From a virus (Duplodnaviria > Caudoviricetes): DNA of 60,972 nt. Every line of letters starts with the position of its first letter. Position 1 is the stretch's first letter. Made by a program: the position numbers and the translations under genes. Of this stretch, positions 15,940 to 25,437 are shown one piece after another. The notes under the pieces are model-generated. The model saw nothing but the letters and a program-made list of their open reading frames with translations. It was not told the origin of the DNA and did not search any database. The stretch lies in the IMG/VR virus record IMGVR_UViG_3300027852_000043, positions 1-60,972 of that record. One strand, written 5' to 3'.

Positions 15940-15950
15940 AAGTGTATATT

Positions 15951-16697
15951 ATGGGTGCTACAGGATACATTAAAGCCTGGAGAAAAGTCTTAGAATCTTC
16001 CACATACCATGCGCTTACTGCTTCTCAGCGAGACGTTTTTTGGGCGTGCCTGTTATTGGCAAACCGTAGTCCTACCGACTGGGAGTGGGAGGGCCAAGTT
16101 TTCAATTGCAATCCGGGTCAATTCATTACCTCATTGGATTCGCTTAAAAAAATATGTGCGAAAGATACGTCAACGCAAAATATCAGGACAGCACTAAAAA
16201 AATTAGAAAAGTGGCAATTTCTAACAAACGAATCAACAAAGACAGGAAGATTAATAACCATAGTCAATTGGGGTAGTTACCAGTACCTTGAAGAAGAGAC
16301 CAACAAAGCAAATGACAAAGAGCTAACAAAGAGCCAACAAAGAGCTAACAAAGAGCTAACACCTAACAAGAAGATTAAGAAGATTAAGAAGATTAAGAAG
16401 GCAGAAAAGAACCCCCGCGCGCGAGAGAACGTTTGGGTCAAGTTATCACCTCCAACCCTTGAAGAGGTCAAAGCCTATTTCAAAGAAAAGGGTTACTCTG
16501 AAGAAGTCGCCGAAAAAGCATTTGAATATTACGATGAAGGTGACTGGATAGATGGGCAAGGTAACAAGGTTTATCGTTGGAAGCAAAAGATGATCGCTGT
16601 CTGGTTTAAAGAAGAAAATAAAGCTACGGAAGAAACCCCAAAGTTCAAGTTTTTCCTCCAGGATGATGAGAAAGACGCAAACGGTAATTGGATTTAA
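15951..16697 (+). CDS. Phage replication initiator (wHTH, O-like)
   Basis: GYIKAWRK, LLLAN, PGQFITS..SL, IRTALKKLE, ITIVNW..YQ; C-terminal PPTLEEVKAY...YY..GDW. Confidence 0.85.
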   Translation: MGATGYIKAWRKVLESSTYHALTASQRDVFWACLLLANRSPTDWEWEGQVFNCNPGQFITSLDSLKKICAKDTSTQNIRTALKKLEKWQFLTNESTKTGRLITIVNWGSYQYLEEETNKANDKELTKSQQRANKELTPNKKIKKIKKIKKAEKNPRARENVWVKLSPPTLEEVKAYFKEKGYSEEVAEKAFEYYDEGDWIDGQGNKVYRWKQKMIAVWFKEENKATEETPKFKFFLQDDEKDANGNWI

Positions 16698-16714
16698 AAG
16701 TAGGAGGCCAACCC

Positions 16715-17140
16715 ATGGGAATAAGATTGGATGCGATCAGGGAAATGCTCAATTTGTTTTCGCAGGCAATTGCGAAAAAGAAAATCACACAGGAATTGGT
16801 CGGGGCATATGATCACGCTTTAGCCAGGTACACCCTGGAAGATATCAGGCAGGCCGGGTACAAGTGCCTGGATGATTGCCAGTATTTTCCAAAAGTCAAA
16901 GACGTGCTCAGTCAATTGCGGCTCGTGGATAGGGATAAGCAGATGGACGGACAGCGGGGTTTTGAGCTTGCCCACTCAACTAAATGCCAGCTATGTGGTG
17001 CAGGCCCAACCCAATGCGGGAGGGACAAACCTGGAGATCCATGGGAGTGTAGGCGATGTTACACGGGGATGACGAGTGAGCAGATCAATGCCAAGCTTGC
17101 GGAGATAACCGCAACATTGTCCGCAGGGATGGGCATGTGA
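16715..17140 (+). CDS. Putative helicase loader/inhibitor-like replication protein with C-terminal Zn finger
   Basis: Follows the initiator; Y..AL..Y....I..A...FPKV.D; CQLC...CRRC. Confidence 0.5.
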   Translation: MGIRLDAIREMLNLFSQAIAKKKITQELVGAYDHALARYTLEDIRQAGYKCLDDCQYFPKVKDVLSQLRLVDRDKQMDGQRGFELAHSTKCQLCGAGPTQCGRDKPGDPWECRRCYTGMTSEQINAKLAEITATLSAGMGM

Positions 17141-17301
17141 TAGGCCAAATAGGACGCAGGGTGAAGTTTTGTATATCAACGTATAGCATTTATAGCGTGC
17201 GGGTAAAAAATGCAGCCACGTGGCTGTTAGGTGGGTTTTAGGGGGAATGTGAAATGAAAGCGCCATGGAAAAGCATGGGCACACGTCAAATAGGGGGTAA
17301 A

Positions 17302-18279
17302 ATGAGGAAGGGTGCTTTATCTGCACCCTTCCCTTAAGTGTTTTATTTTGGTGGCAAATCGTCAGTAGCCGATGTCGTCTGGTCTGCCCTGGGACAGCCG
17401 AAACATTACCTTGAGCCCTTTTTCGGATCGGGAGCCGTGCTGTTAAATCGGCCTAATTATGATCCGCAGGTCCATATTGAGACGGTAAACGATAAAGACG
17501 GATTTATATCTAATGTGTGGAGATCAATACAATTTTCGCCAGAGAAAACAGCGAAGTGGTGCGATTGGCCGGTAAACCATGCTGATTTGTGTGCCCGGAG
17601 GAAAACTCTGCTGGCAAACGAAAGCAAACTATTAGAAAACCTAATAGCCGATGACGCCTGGCACGATCCCAAACTGGCGGGCTATTGGATTTGGGCGGCG
17701 TCGTGTTGGATCGGGTCCGGGTTGACACGGTCAAACGCCATACCGTACATAGGTAACTCAGGTATGGGAGTTAACAAGCTAAGTCTGGGTCAAATACCGA
17801 GCTTAACTGCCGCAGGTATGGGAGTTAACAAGCAAAGCGTTTCGCATCCCGGAGACATTTATCGGTGGTTCGTAGAGCTATCAGGTCGCCTTCGCCGGGT
17901 GAGGGTTGTATGTGGCGATTGGTCAAGAGTTTGCGGTGGTAACTGGCAAGATAAAATGGGCCAGGTTGGTATTTTTTTTGACCCCCCGTATGGTGTTGAG
18001 GACAGGAGTGGCGTATATCACAAAGAATCCCAGACAGTTGCTCAGGACGTGGAAGCGTGGTGCCTTGAGCGAGGAGAAAAAGAGACCTATAGGATTGTGC
18101 TTGCCGGGTATGATACTGAGCACCAGGCGTTGGGCGATGCAGGATGGGAGGTTTACAACTGGACCGCAGACGGCGGGTACAGTAACGTAGGTAAAGGAGA
18201 CAACCAAAACCGCAAACGGGAAACGTTATGGCTATCCCCTTATTGCCTGCACACAGAAAAGCAGATGGAGCTATTTTAA
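17302..18279 (+). CDS. D12-class DNA adenine methyltransferase; in-frame TAA at 17335 (ORF reopens at GTG 17338)
   Basis: APFP*VFYFGGKS, YLEPFFGSGAV, ETVND, FFDPPY, RETLWLSP. Confidence 0.85.
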
Positions 18280-18696
18280 ATGCAAGCGCCAAGGATGACG
18301 GAAGCCGAACTCCAAGATCACTTAAAACGAGCAGGCCGGGGATGGGTTGTTGACGAAGAGCAGCCTGCGCCGGATCTTCCAGTACCCCTGGACGTGGGTC
18401 ATCGGTACAGGTCACAATGGGAGCTGCAATACGCTGATTTCTTGGAGCAACAAAGGCATTTAAGGGAGATTGAGGCATGGTTATTTGAACCGTTCAATAT
18501 CCGGCTGGCAGGCAATACCTATTACACGCCTGATTTCCTTGTGGTTGCAAAGCGGGAATTCCAGATCCACGAGGTGAAAGGTAGGCGGCGGCAAAAAGGG
18601 CTGGTAAAATTCAAGGTGGCCAGGGAATTATTGCCGTGGTTTAGATGGATTATGGTTACGAAAATCAAGGGGATTTGGGAGGAGGTGGCGATATGA
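18280..18696 (+). CDS. PD-(D/E)XK endonuclease (DUF1064-like, putative resolvase)
   Basis: YRSQWE..YA, YTPDFLV, HEVKG. Confidence 0.8.
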   Translation: MQAPRMTEAELQDHLKRAGRGWVVDEEQPAPDLPVPLDVGHRYRSQWELQYADFLEQQRHLREIEAWLFEPFNIRLAGNTYYTPDFLVVAKREFQIHEVKGRRRQKGLVKFKVARELLPWFRWIMVTKIKGIWEEVAI

Positions 18697-18724
18697 AACG
18701 CCACCTCCTGTGACACAGACAAAG

Positions 18725-18931
18725 TTAATCCTCATAGATTTCACCAGGCTGTAATTTTGCTTGGTGATGTATGTTCATGATTCGGCCACGGTTGAGGCCT
18801 GCGATTCCTCCTGTCGGGATCGCTAAAACATCCTCTCCATGTATGGGGTTGTTGTGGCAATCCCGACCGTAATTCACAAGGGAGCACGTTTCGCAATACC
18901 CCTCGTTTTGAGTGCAATAATTGTTTTCCAT
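18725..18931 (-). CDS. Hypothetical Cys-rich protein
   Basis: YCTQN.G.C.TCSLVNYGRDCHNNP. Confidence 0.65.
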   Translation of the reverse strand: MENNYCTQNEGYCETCSLVNYGRDCHNNPIHGEDVLAIPTGGIAGLNRGRIMNIHHQAKLQPGEIYED

Positions 18932-18944
18932 TTTCCCTCTCCTT

Positions 18945-19214
18945 TTATTCGTTTAAGTTAACAATCTCCCTTTCCGTTCGCCCTTGTATTGTCTGCATTT
19001 CAATTACCCGCCCGGATACATCAGCAAGTGGCAAAACGGCCTGGTTTGTGCGGTCCCCGCGGTCCCAAAATCGCATCTCAACCCGCTCTCCGGCTATGGC
19101 TCGGCGCATGGCATCCTTGCAGGTCCGGCAGCAGCCGTGAAATATTTGTAGGGCGGATGGAGATCCTTTGAGATGATCCCCGCAGTAGGCGCAAATCTTT
19201 TTAGTTTTTTTCAT
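18945..19214 (-). CDS. Hypothetical zinc-finger protein
   Basis: CAYC...HGCCRTC. Confidence 0.55.
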   Translation of the reverse strand: MKKTKKICAYCGDHLKGSPSALQIFHGCCRTCKDAMRRAIAGERVEMRFWDRGDRTNQAVLPLADVSGRVIEMQTIQGRTEREIVNLNE

Positions 19215-19558
19215 GGGTTATCTCCCTCGCCTTGCTCGCTGGCCCATTTTTCCACCAAAGGCACATTGAAGCTCGCCATGCTACAGCAAGACGGGCTACC
19301 TGCTGAGGTTTGACGGGCAATGTGAGGTTCCACAGCGTGAAACCAAAAAGTCTTATCAATTCTCTCAAATTGAAAATGGCCGTTCGTGTGTGTCAACCGG
19401 CCATATACGGTGTCAAGATAATCCCCGCTATACGAAGATTCGAGCGACTGCATTGATTCGTTCTCAATGCCTAAAATATGAGCCAAGGAAAAAAGTTCAT
19501 CTTTATCCGCATTTCCCACATATTCCGTTAATCTTTTCCTTAATTCTTCGTAATTCAT
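19211..19558 (-). CDS. Hypothetical protein
   Basis: AAGGAGG RBS. Confidence 0.65.
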   Translation of the reverse strand: MNYEELRKRLTEYVGNADKDELFSLAHILGIENESMQSLESSYSGDYLDTVYGRLTHTNGHFQFERIDKTFWFHAVEPHIARQTSAGSPSCCSMASFNVPLVEKWASEQGEGDNP

Positions 19559-19585
19559 CTGCTTACCTCCTTGGATAATTTAAGG

Positions 19586-19804
19586 TTAATTTGATACCGG
19601 CCTTGGCCACTTAATGCTGTAATTCCCGGCGATGTGGTCAACAGACAAACTGGAACCATCGGTGAATTTGAAATAAGGCCGATTCCGAGTTCCTTTAATT
19701 TCAACTCCTTGCTCTTTTTCTGCGGCGGCTGCGATTCGATGATGTTGCACTTCCCCATGGTTTGCATTTGCTGGGTCACTTATGATTTTTTGTGCTGTTT
19801 GCAT
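19586..19804 (-). CDS. Hypothetical protein
   Basis: AAAGGA RBS. Confidence 0.45.
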   Translation of the reverse strand: MQTAQKIISDPANANHGEVQHHRIAAAAEKEQGVEIKGTRNRPYFKFTDGSSLSVDHIAGNYSIKWPRPVSN

Positions 19805-19848
19805 TTACAAATCCTTTCCCGCGCTAAGATGCACGGACCCTGTGGTGG

Positions 19849-20136
19849 TTAATCAGACATAGCAATATTGAGATATTGCCATACTTCGGCCGGGAGGCGT
19901 TTCCCAGGCCGCATGTCCGCGTCGTAATTTTGGACGGCCCAGGTAACCCCACTGATATCAATCCCTAAAGTATCGTCACCATAAATCACAACTTCCGCGT
20001 CAGGGTATTTAGCCGCCAGTGTCAACAGGTGTCGTGGACATTCCAGGTCGTGATCTGCTGAGTCGATACTGGTCATGGTCTGGTTGTAGTGGGTGTATTT
20101 CACCGTCCCTTGTTTTATAAGTTCTGTGATTTTCAT
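19849..20136 (-). CDS. Hypothetical protein
   Basis: GGGAGG RBS. Confidence 0.6.
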   Translation of the reverse strand: MKITELIKQGTVKYTHYNQTMTSIDSADHDLECPRHLLTLAAKYPDAEVVIYGDDTLGIDISGVTWAVQNYDADMRPGKRLPAEVWQYLNIAMSD

Positions 20137-20231
20137 TGCTATTCCTCCCTTTAAATGGTTAGCGTTTAATCCCTCACTCCTGCCCACACCATCGCTGCAG
20201 GCAGGGTCAAGGATTAAATCAGGTCTGTCAG

Positions 20232-20519
20232 TTAATACCAGTTATGTCTACTCAATTCCCGGCCTGTGACCTCCGTAATGTGGCCGATTCTTTTCTTTTT
20301 GTTTGGGACTCCATACGCCTTAATCAAGTATATCATCCCGGTTGTTTTATCGACCATGAATACCCCGGAATTACGTTCATCCAGGTTTATGTATTTTCGT
20401 TTTTCGATCACTTTTTTGTTGTATTGGGTGTCATAATTTATGTCGTTATACTCCCTCTCAAAGCGTGCCCTACCTGCCTCATGCCATGCCTTTGCTAATT
20501 CTTCACATTTTTTAAGCAT
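20232..20519 (-). CDS. Conserved early phage protein
   Basis: KYINLD...SGVFMVDK.TG.IY.IK.YG.PN; first gene after the sigma54 promoter. Confidence 0.7.
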   Translation of the reverse strand: MLKKCEELAKAWHEAGRARFEREYNDINYDTQYNKKVIEKRKYINLDERNSGVFMVDKTTGMIYLIKAYGVPNKKKRIGHITEVTGRELSRHNWY

Positions 20520-20568
20520 TTCCCCCCCCCATTTGAATTGTTAGTGTTTGTTCTTGCCTTCTAAACAA

Positions 20569-20585
20569 TGCATTTGCCATGCCAA
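20569..20585 (-). promoter_or_regulatory. Sigma54 (-24/-12) promoter
   Basis: TTGGCATGGCAAATGCA (GG-N10-GC). Confidence 0.65.
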
Positions 20586-20611
20586 GGTAGGCAATACAGG
20601 CAAAAAACGTA

Positions 20612-20624
20612 TAAGCTGTTGATA
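20612..20624 (-). promoter_or_regulatory. IHF site (second site 20719..20731)
   Basis: TATCAACAGCTTA and TATCAACGGTTTA both match WATCAANNNNTTR. Confidence 0.65.
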
Positions 20625-20811
20625 TCACTAACAATAAAAATGTCCTGCCAACATCATGATCTTAGTGGTTTTCGTCCAAATCCGTGATTTGCACGTGGTA
20701 AAATACTACACTATTGGGTAAACCGTTGATATCGCTTGCTATTTCAGCTTGTGTAAAAAACCCTAAAAGTGGTCATTTTCACGGGTTTTTGACTGTCACG
20801 GGAAATATGTC

Positions 20812-20840
20812 TTGACAACAGTGGGGGGATGTGGAAGAAT
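20812..20840 (+). promoter_or_regulatory. Sigma70-type promoter heading the packaging/virion operon
   Basis: TTGACA-17 bp-AAGAAT with TG extension. Confidence 0.55.
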
Positions 20841-21007
20841 GTCAGCCATGGATAAGATAATATCATATTTGTCCATGCGCTCCGCCTGGGATAGCATCCT
20901 GGGTCAGACCTGTAGCCCTATAATGGCTATGGGTTTCGTAGTTAATCCAACCCTGTCTATACGTTTGTAGGCATGGGTTTTTTTGTGCCCAAATTGAGGA
21001 GATTAAA

Positions 21008-21841
21008 TTGCAATGTTTTTACCATAGTGCGGATTTAGATGGCCATTGTTCAGGGGCGCTAATAAAAATGGTTCACCTGGATTGCAAAATGATCGGGATA
21101 GATTATGGTGATGTTTTCCCATGGGACACAATAAAACAGGACGAACCTGTTTTCATGGTTGATTTTAGTTTACAGCCGTTCGAGGATATGGAAAAACTGA
21201 ATAAAACCTCATGTTTGACGTGGATAGATCATCACAAATCAGCGATAGAGTCGGCTCACACAAGAGGGTTTTTGGCAAACGCGCAGGCTTTGGAGGTCGG
21301 TAAAGGGGCGTGCCAGTTGGTGTATGAGTTTTTGCATCCAAATAAGCCTATCCCTACATTTGTTAAGCTACTGGCAGAATATGATGTGTGGGATCACTCC
21401 GATCCACGGACACTCGCGTTCCAGTACGGTATGAGACAGCAAAAAGATACCTCCCCGGAAAACATTGAATTTTGGATGGGCCTGTTTGATACCGAAAGGG
21501 TAATGCGGATCACTGAGGACGGCGGGATTATCCTGGATTACCAAAATACGGAAAATGGAAAATACGCGTTTGCATGTGCTTTCGAGACGGAATTGGATGG
21601 GTTGAAATGTATCGCAATGAATAAAATGCTCACTAACTCTAAGGTCTTCGACTCAGTGTGGGACAAAGAGCAGTATCAAGCAATGCTATTGTTTGGTTTC
21701 CGCAAGGGGTCTTGGACGGTAAGCTTATATTCCGACCGGGAAGATGTTGACGTGTCTGCAATTGCAAAAGCAAGGGGAGGCGGAGGGCATAAAGGGGCCG
21801 CTGGGTTTCAATGTGATGAATTACCGTTTTCTTTAAAATAA
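21008..21841 (+). CDS. DHH/DHHA1 phosphoesterase
   Basis: YHSADLDG, VDFS, WIDHHKSA, GGGGHKGAAGF. Confidence 0.92.
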   Translation: MQCFYHSADLDGHCSGALIKMVHLDCKMIGIDYGDVFPWDTIKQDEPVFMVDFSLQPFEDMEKLNKTSCLTWIDHHKSAIESAHTRGFLANAQALEVGKGACQLVYEFLHPNKPIPTFVKLLAEYDVWDHSDPRTLAFQYGMRQQKDTSPENIEFWMGLFDTERVMRITEDGGIILDYQNTENGKYAFACAFETELDGLKCIAMNKMLTNSKVFDSVWDKEQYQAMLLFGFRKGSWTVSLYSDREDVDVSAIAKARGGGGHKGAAGFQCDELPFSLK

Positions 21842-21870
21842 TCACCGAAAATCCTGATAGGAGCGAGTAA

Positions 21871-22077
21871 GTGGGGTCAAGATCTCAAGATAGACGTGCG
21901 CGGAAATTAAGACGTAACCGGGCGAGGCTTACCGTCCCCCAACCATCTGTCCGGGATATATTAATCGACCGTCAAGAGATCGCTCAATACCTGGCGCAGT
22001 CACGTTTTAATCGTCTAATCGCAGCAGTCAAGAGACAGATCTATCGTAAACCCCACGGAGTGATGAGACAAAGGTAG
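21871..22077 (+). CDS. Small basic hypothetical protein
   Basis: AGGAG RBS with GTG start. Confidence 0.45.
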   Translation: MGSRSQDRRARKLRRNRARLTVPQPSVRDILIDRQEIAQYLAQSRFNRLIAAVKRQIYRKPHGVMRQR

Positions 22078-22477
22078 AAAATTTATGAGGTTTTCAAAAA
22101 AATATGGCTATGCTATTTACCTGGGGGTTGCGTCTGCGGTCGTTGGTATCGACATAACATCCTGGGAGTATTATATTTTAAATATTCCCACGATTCTGCT
22201 GGTGCTCTGGCGTGGCCGCAAGTAGGTTTATCAAATGAGGGCCGGCAATAACAGGGAGAGGCAAAGACAAGCCGTCGAGGATGTAATCATCAAGCGTATA
22301 GACAGGAGGCGGGGGGTTAAGCCAGCTCCAAGGCCACGGTCTCTGAAAGTGACAATTAGGGAGTTATGGCTATATAAGCAGGCGGTGTTGAGTAAGGCTT
22401 TATGACCACGGAGGGTTATATTCAAGGGGGCCCATAGGTTATAAATGCTGTGAAATGCGGGGATATAGGTAATAATC

Positions 22478-22687
22478 ATGTTGGTTTGTATGGTATGTGG
22501 GGTCGAGGTAGGAACCGACGTGCCTAAACACATTCACAGGTGCGAGGGGCATTATAGGTGTGATGTCTGCGGGGCCAAAGATAGTCTCGGATACCATGAG
22601 GGCAGGTTGGTGTGTAGTGAGTGCCGACAAGGGGTTCCGATATTAGCGCAGGTGAAAAAGGGAGGCAGAGTAGAAGTAAGTGGCTAA
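22478..22687 (+). CDS. Zinc-finger protein
   Basis: CMVC, CDVC, CSEC. Confidence 0.5.
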   Translation: MLVCMVCGVEVGTDVPKHIHRCEGHYRCDVCGAKDSLGYHEGRLVCSECRQGVPILAQVKKGGRVEVSG

Positions 22688-23147
22688 AAAAACTACACCA
22701 AAACCCCCGGTAGTGCGGCGGGCTAAAGCTGGACAACCGTCCAAAAAGGAATTAATAGACCTTGAATTACTAGAGGCGCTGTATTCATTTCGGCTAACAG
22801 ACGTAGAGGTTTGTAAAATTTTCAATATCTCGCCTGCGACCCTAACGAATTACAAAAAGGACGAAGAATTTTTCGCTATCATAAAAAAAGGGAAGCAAGT
22901 ATCTGATGACCGAGTCGAGAAATCATTATTTGAAAGGGCTGTAGGGTATGACCATCCGGAAGAGGACATCAGGGTCGTTAACGGTAAGATAGTCAAGACG
23001 GATATCATCAAACATTACCCGCCGGAAGTAGCTGCAATAATCTTCTGGCTAAAGAATCGAAAAAAGGATGAGTGGCGGGATAAGCAGGAGCATGGGCATA
23101 CGTTGGATCTTCCTCCAGGCCTAAAGGTAACATTTGAAAAGAAATGA
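22680..23147 (+). CDS. terS: Terminase small subunit
   Basis: HTH, VEKSLFERAVGY, PPEVAAIIFWLKNR...WRDK; directly upstream of TerL. Confidence 0.9.
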   Translation: MAKKTTPKPPVVRRAKAGQPSKKELIDLELLEALYSFRLTDVEVCKIFNISPATLTNYKKDEEFFAIIKKGKQVSDDRVEKSLFERAVGYDHPEEDIRVVNGKIVKTDIIKHYPPEVAAIIFWLKNRKKDEWRDKQEHGHTLDLPPGLKVTFEKK

Positions 23148-24354
23148 GATCGAAGTCAAGCTCCCACCTAAGTTCCAGGGGTTATTTAAACCTGCAAGGT
23201 ACAAGATTTATTACGGAGGCAGGGGCGGGGCGAAGAGCCACAGCATAGCCACCGCGTTGGTTGCGAGGTCGCATTCTGAGCCGTTACGGATATTATGTAC
23301 CCGTGAGTTCCAAAGTTCCATCGCTGACTCAGTTCATAGACTACTCGCGGATAAAATTAACACCATGGGCCTGTCTGATTGGTTTACGGTCACACGGACG
23401 GAGATCACGTCCAGGGCCGGGAGTCAGTTCATCTTCAAAGGCCTGCGGCATTCGATTCAGGAGATAAAATCTACGGAGGGAATTGACATCGTTTGGGTAG
23501 AAGAAGCCCAGGTTATCTCTGAGAGTTCGTGGGAGGTTCTAATCCCTACGATCCGGAAAGCCCAATCGGAAATCTGGATATCTTTCAACCCGGACGAGGC
23601 ATTTGATCCGACATATCAGCGGTTCGTAGCCCACACGCCCCCAGGAAGTACCCTGGAGAAAGTGGGATGGGAGGACAACCCCTGGTTTCCCGATGTTCTG
23701 GATACTGAACGGCGGTACATGCTGGAGGTTGATCCGGAGGCATATGATCATGTTTGGGGTGGTAATTGCCGGACAATCAGCGATGCAGTGATATTTCGGG
23801 GCCGGGTGAGCGTTGAGACGTTTGATGAGCCGCCGGCGGATACTCGGTTGTATTACGGTTTGGATTATGGATTTGCAGTTTCCCCGACGGCATTTGTGCG
23901 GAGTTGGATACACGATGATACCCTGTATATTGACCACGAGGCTTGGGGTATAGGTGTTGAGTTAGACGATACACCTGATTTACTGGATACGGTTCCAGGG
24001 GCCAGGTCATGGCCTATCAAGGCGGATTCGGCCAGGCCAGAGACCACAAGTCATTTAAGGCGAAGAGGTTTTGACGTTTCATCCGCCGAAAAATGGCCGG
24101 GGAGCGTGGAAGACGGACTTGCTTTTTTAAAGAGTTTCCGGAAAATCATCGTGCATGAGCGATGCCCTCACGTGGCGGAAGAGTTCAGACTGTATTCGTA
24201 CAAAACGGATAAACAAACAAATGAGATCCTACCGATAATCATAAAACGGTGGGATAATTTCCCGGATGCGCTTAGATATAGTATGGTCGGATTAATCAGG
24301 CGGTCAAACGTCCTGGATGATGTAATTTACGAGGATTTTCCTGCAAAAACATGA
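23134..24354 (+). CDS. terL: Terminase large subunit, PBSX family
   Basis: YYGGRGGAKS, REFQSSI, WVEEA, PTIRK, GLDYG, ADSARP, DALRY. Confidence 0.95.
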   Translation: MKRNEIEVKLPPKFQGLFKPARYKIYYGGRGGAKSHSIATALVARSHSEPLRILCTREFQSSIADSVHRLLADKINTMGLSDWFTVTRTEITSRAGSQFIFKGLRHSIQEIKSTEGIDIVWVEEAQVISESSWEVLIPTIRKAQSEIWISFNPDEAFDPTYQRFVAHTPPGSTLEKVGWEDNPWFPDVLDTERRYMLEVDPEAYDHVWGGNCRTISDAVIFRGRVSVETFDEPPADTRLYYGLDYGFAVSPTAFVRSWIHDDTLYIDHEAWGIGVELDDTPDLLDTVPGARSWPIKADSARPETTSHLRRRGFDVSSAEKWPGSVEDGLAFLKSFRKIIVHERCPHVAEEFRLYSYKTDKQTNEILPIIIKRWDNFPDALRYSMVGLIRRSNVLDDVIYEDFPAKT

Positions 24355-24419
24355 AAAATGAAAATGCAGTAAAAGCAATGACTTAGTTAACTTCGCTCAC
24401 AGGGTGGGTATCGCGCAAA

Positions 24420-24638
24420 ATGGCAATAGATACTAACGAAGAAATCGAAGCTGGCTTTTGGAAACGATGGATGTCTGTTGGGCAACTAAAAAAATGTATA
24501 GAAGGCCTAGATGACGCCGATGTCGTTTCCCCTAATAGAGTCGGCAATTTGACGGTTACGGATGATGTCGAGCAGCGAATGATTGGGTATGTTGATTTTT
24601 ACGGGGAGCAGTTCACGGCTGTAGAACTAACAAAATAG
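24420..24638 (+). CDS. Hypothetical protein
   Basis: ORF track. Confidence 0.5.
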   Translation: MAIDTNEEIEAGFWKRWMSVGQLKKCIEGLDDADVVSPNRVGNLTVTDDVEQRMIGYVDFYGEQFTAVELTK

Positions 24639-24705
24639 AGCTGGTTGGTTTTTGGTAGTATTTTGGGGAAAACAGAAATGTTGAGGTGTATTTTGGCGTA
24701 CAAAC

Positions 24706-25437
24706 ATGCATAACAAAAACTCAATTATAGAGGTCATAGAACATCCGTACTCGGAATTGTTGTACCAAGCGCGGTATGACGAGGCCGTGGTAACAGGCCA
24801 ACCGATGGTAGAGCGGCCCTTCTGGTTCCGAAACACCGAAACCGGGCAGCTCTTCCACGATTTATACAGTTGTCTTGGGTGGCCGACCGAGGTCACCGAC
24901 AAAGACGAGGGGATGCCAGGCTATACAGCGGTAGTCGGAGTCGTCAGGCCGGACGAATCGATGGAGCAGTACAACCCGATTAACGCAGATTTCCAATTAT
25001 TAGCAGAGGCCGAAGCCCGGGACGTGCAAGTCTTGATCGCCCACGCGCTTCAAATGCGGGAAAGATATGGGTTTGGGCTGGATTCAGAACTATTGAAATG
25101 CTGTTATGGCGACCCGGAAAGGTTTATCATGACATTGGCGCTTAGAAATGAACAGCTCGGAGAAAAGCAGGCGTTGACTATCACGCCTCCGATTGACCTA
25201 TATAGCCCGTCCGTGTTCGACAATTATTTACGGAGCCTGAAATCGTGTCTACTGAAAAACCAGCTCAGGTTTTATTTTGGGGGATGCAATATCTTAAAAG
25301 ATCACCTTCGAGAATTCAGGAAAAACAATCCGGCTGTCATGGCAATAGGCGGGTTAGTCCATAGCCTGCTCGTACAGTGCTCCTGGATGACCGAATTAGG
25401 CCAGGGGATCTTCAACCTTGAGGAAAATTATGGATAA
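24706..25437 (+). CDS. Hypothetical protein between TerL and portal
   Basis: 243-aa ORF; possibly an RNase-H-like fold. Confidence 0.7.
   Translation: MHNKNSIIEVIEHPYSELLYQARYDEAVVTGQPMVERPFWFRNTETGQLFHDLYSCLGWPTEVTDKDEGMPGYTAVVGVVRPDESMEQYNPINADFQLLAEAEARDVQVLIAHALQMRERYGFGLDSELLKCCYGDPERFIMTLALRNEQLGEKQALTITPPIDLYSPSVFDNYLRSLKSCLLKNQLRFYFGGCNILKDHLREFRKNNPAVMAIGGLVHSLLVQCSWMTELGQGIFNLEENYG

Noticed and set aside
16300-16400. Short repeats CAAAGAGCTAA and AAGAAGATT in the initiator gene as a novel element
   Set aside because: Iteron-like repeats within lambdoid-type initiator genes are expected (probable origin) and are not unusual.
17335-17337. Genome-wide stop-codon reassignment
   Set aside because: All other long genes are open under the standard code, and TAA is the usual stop in this genome.
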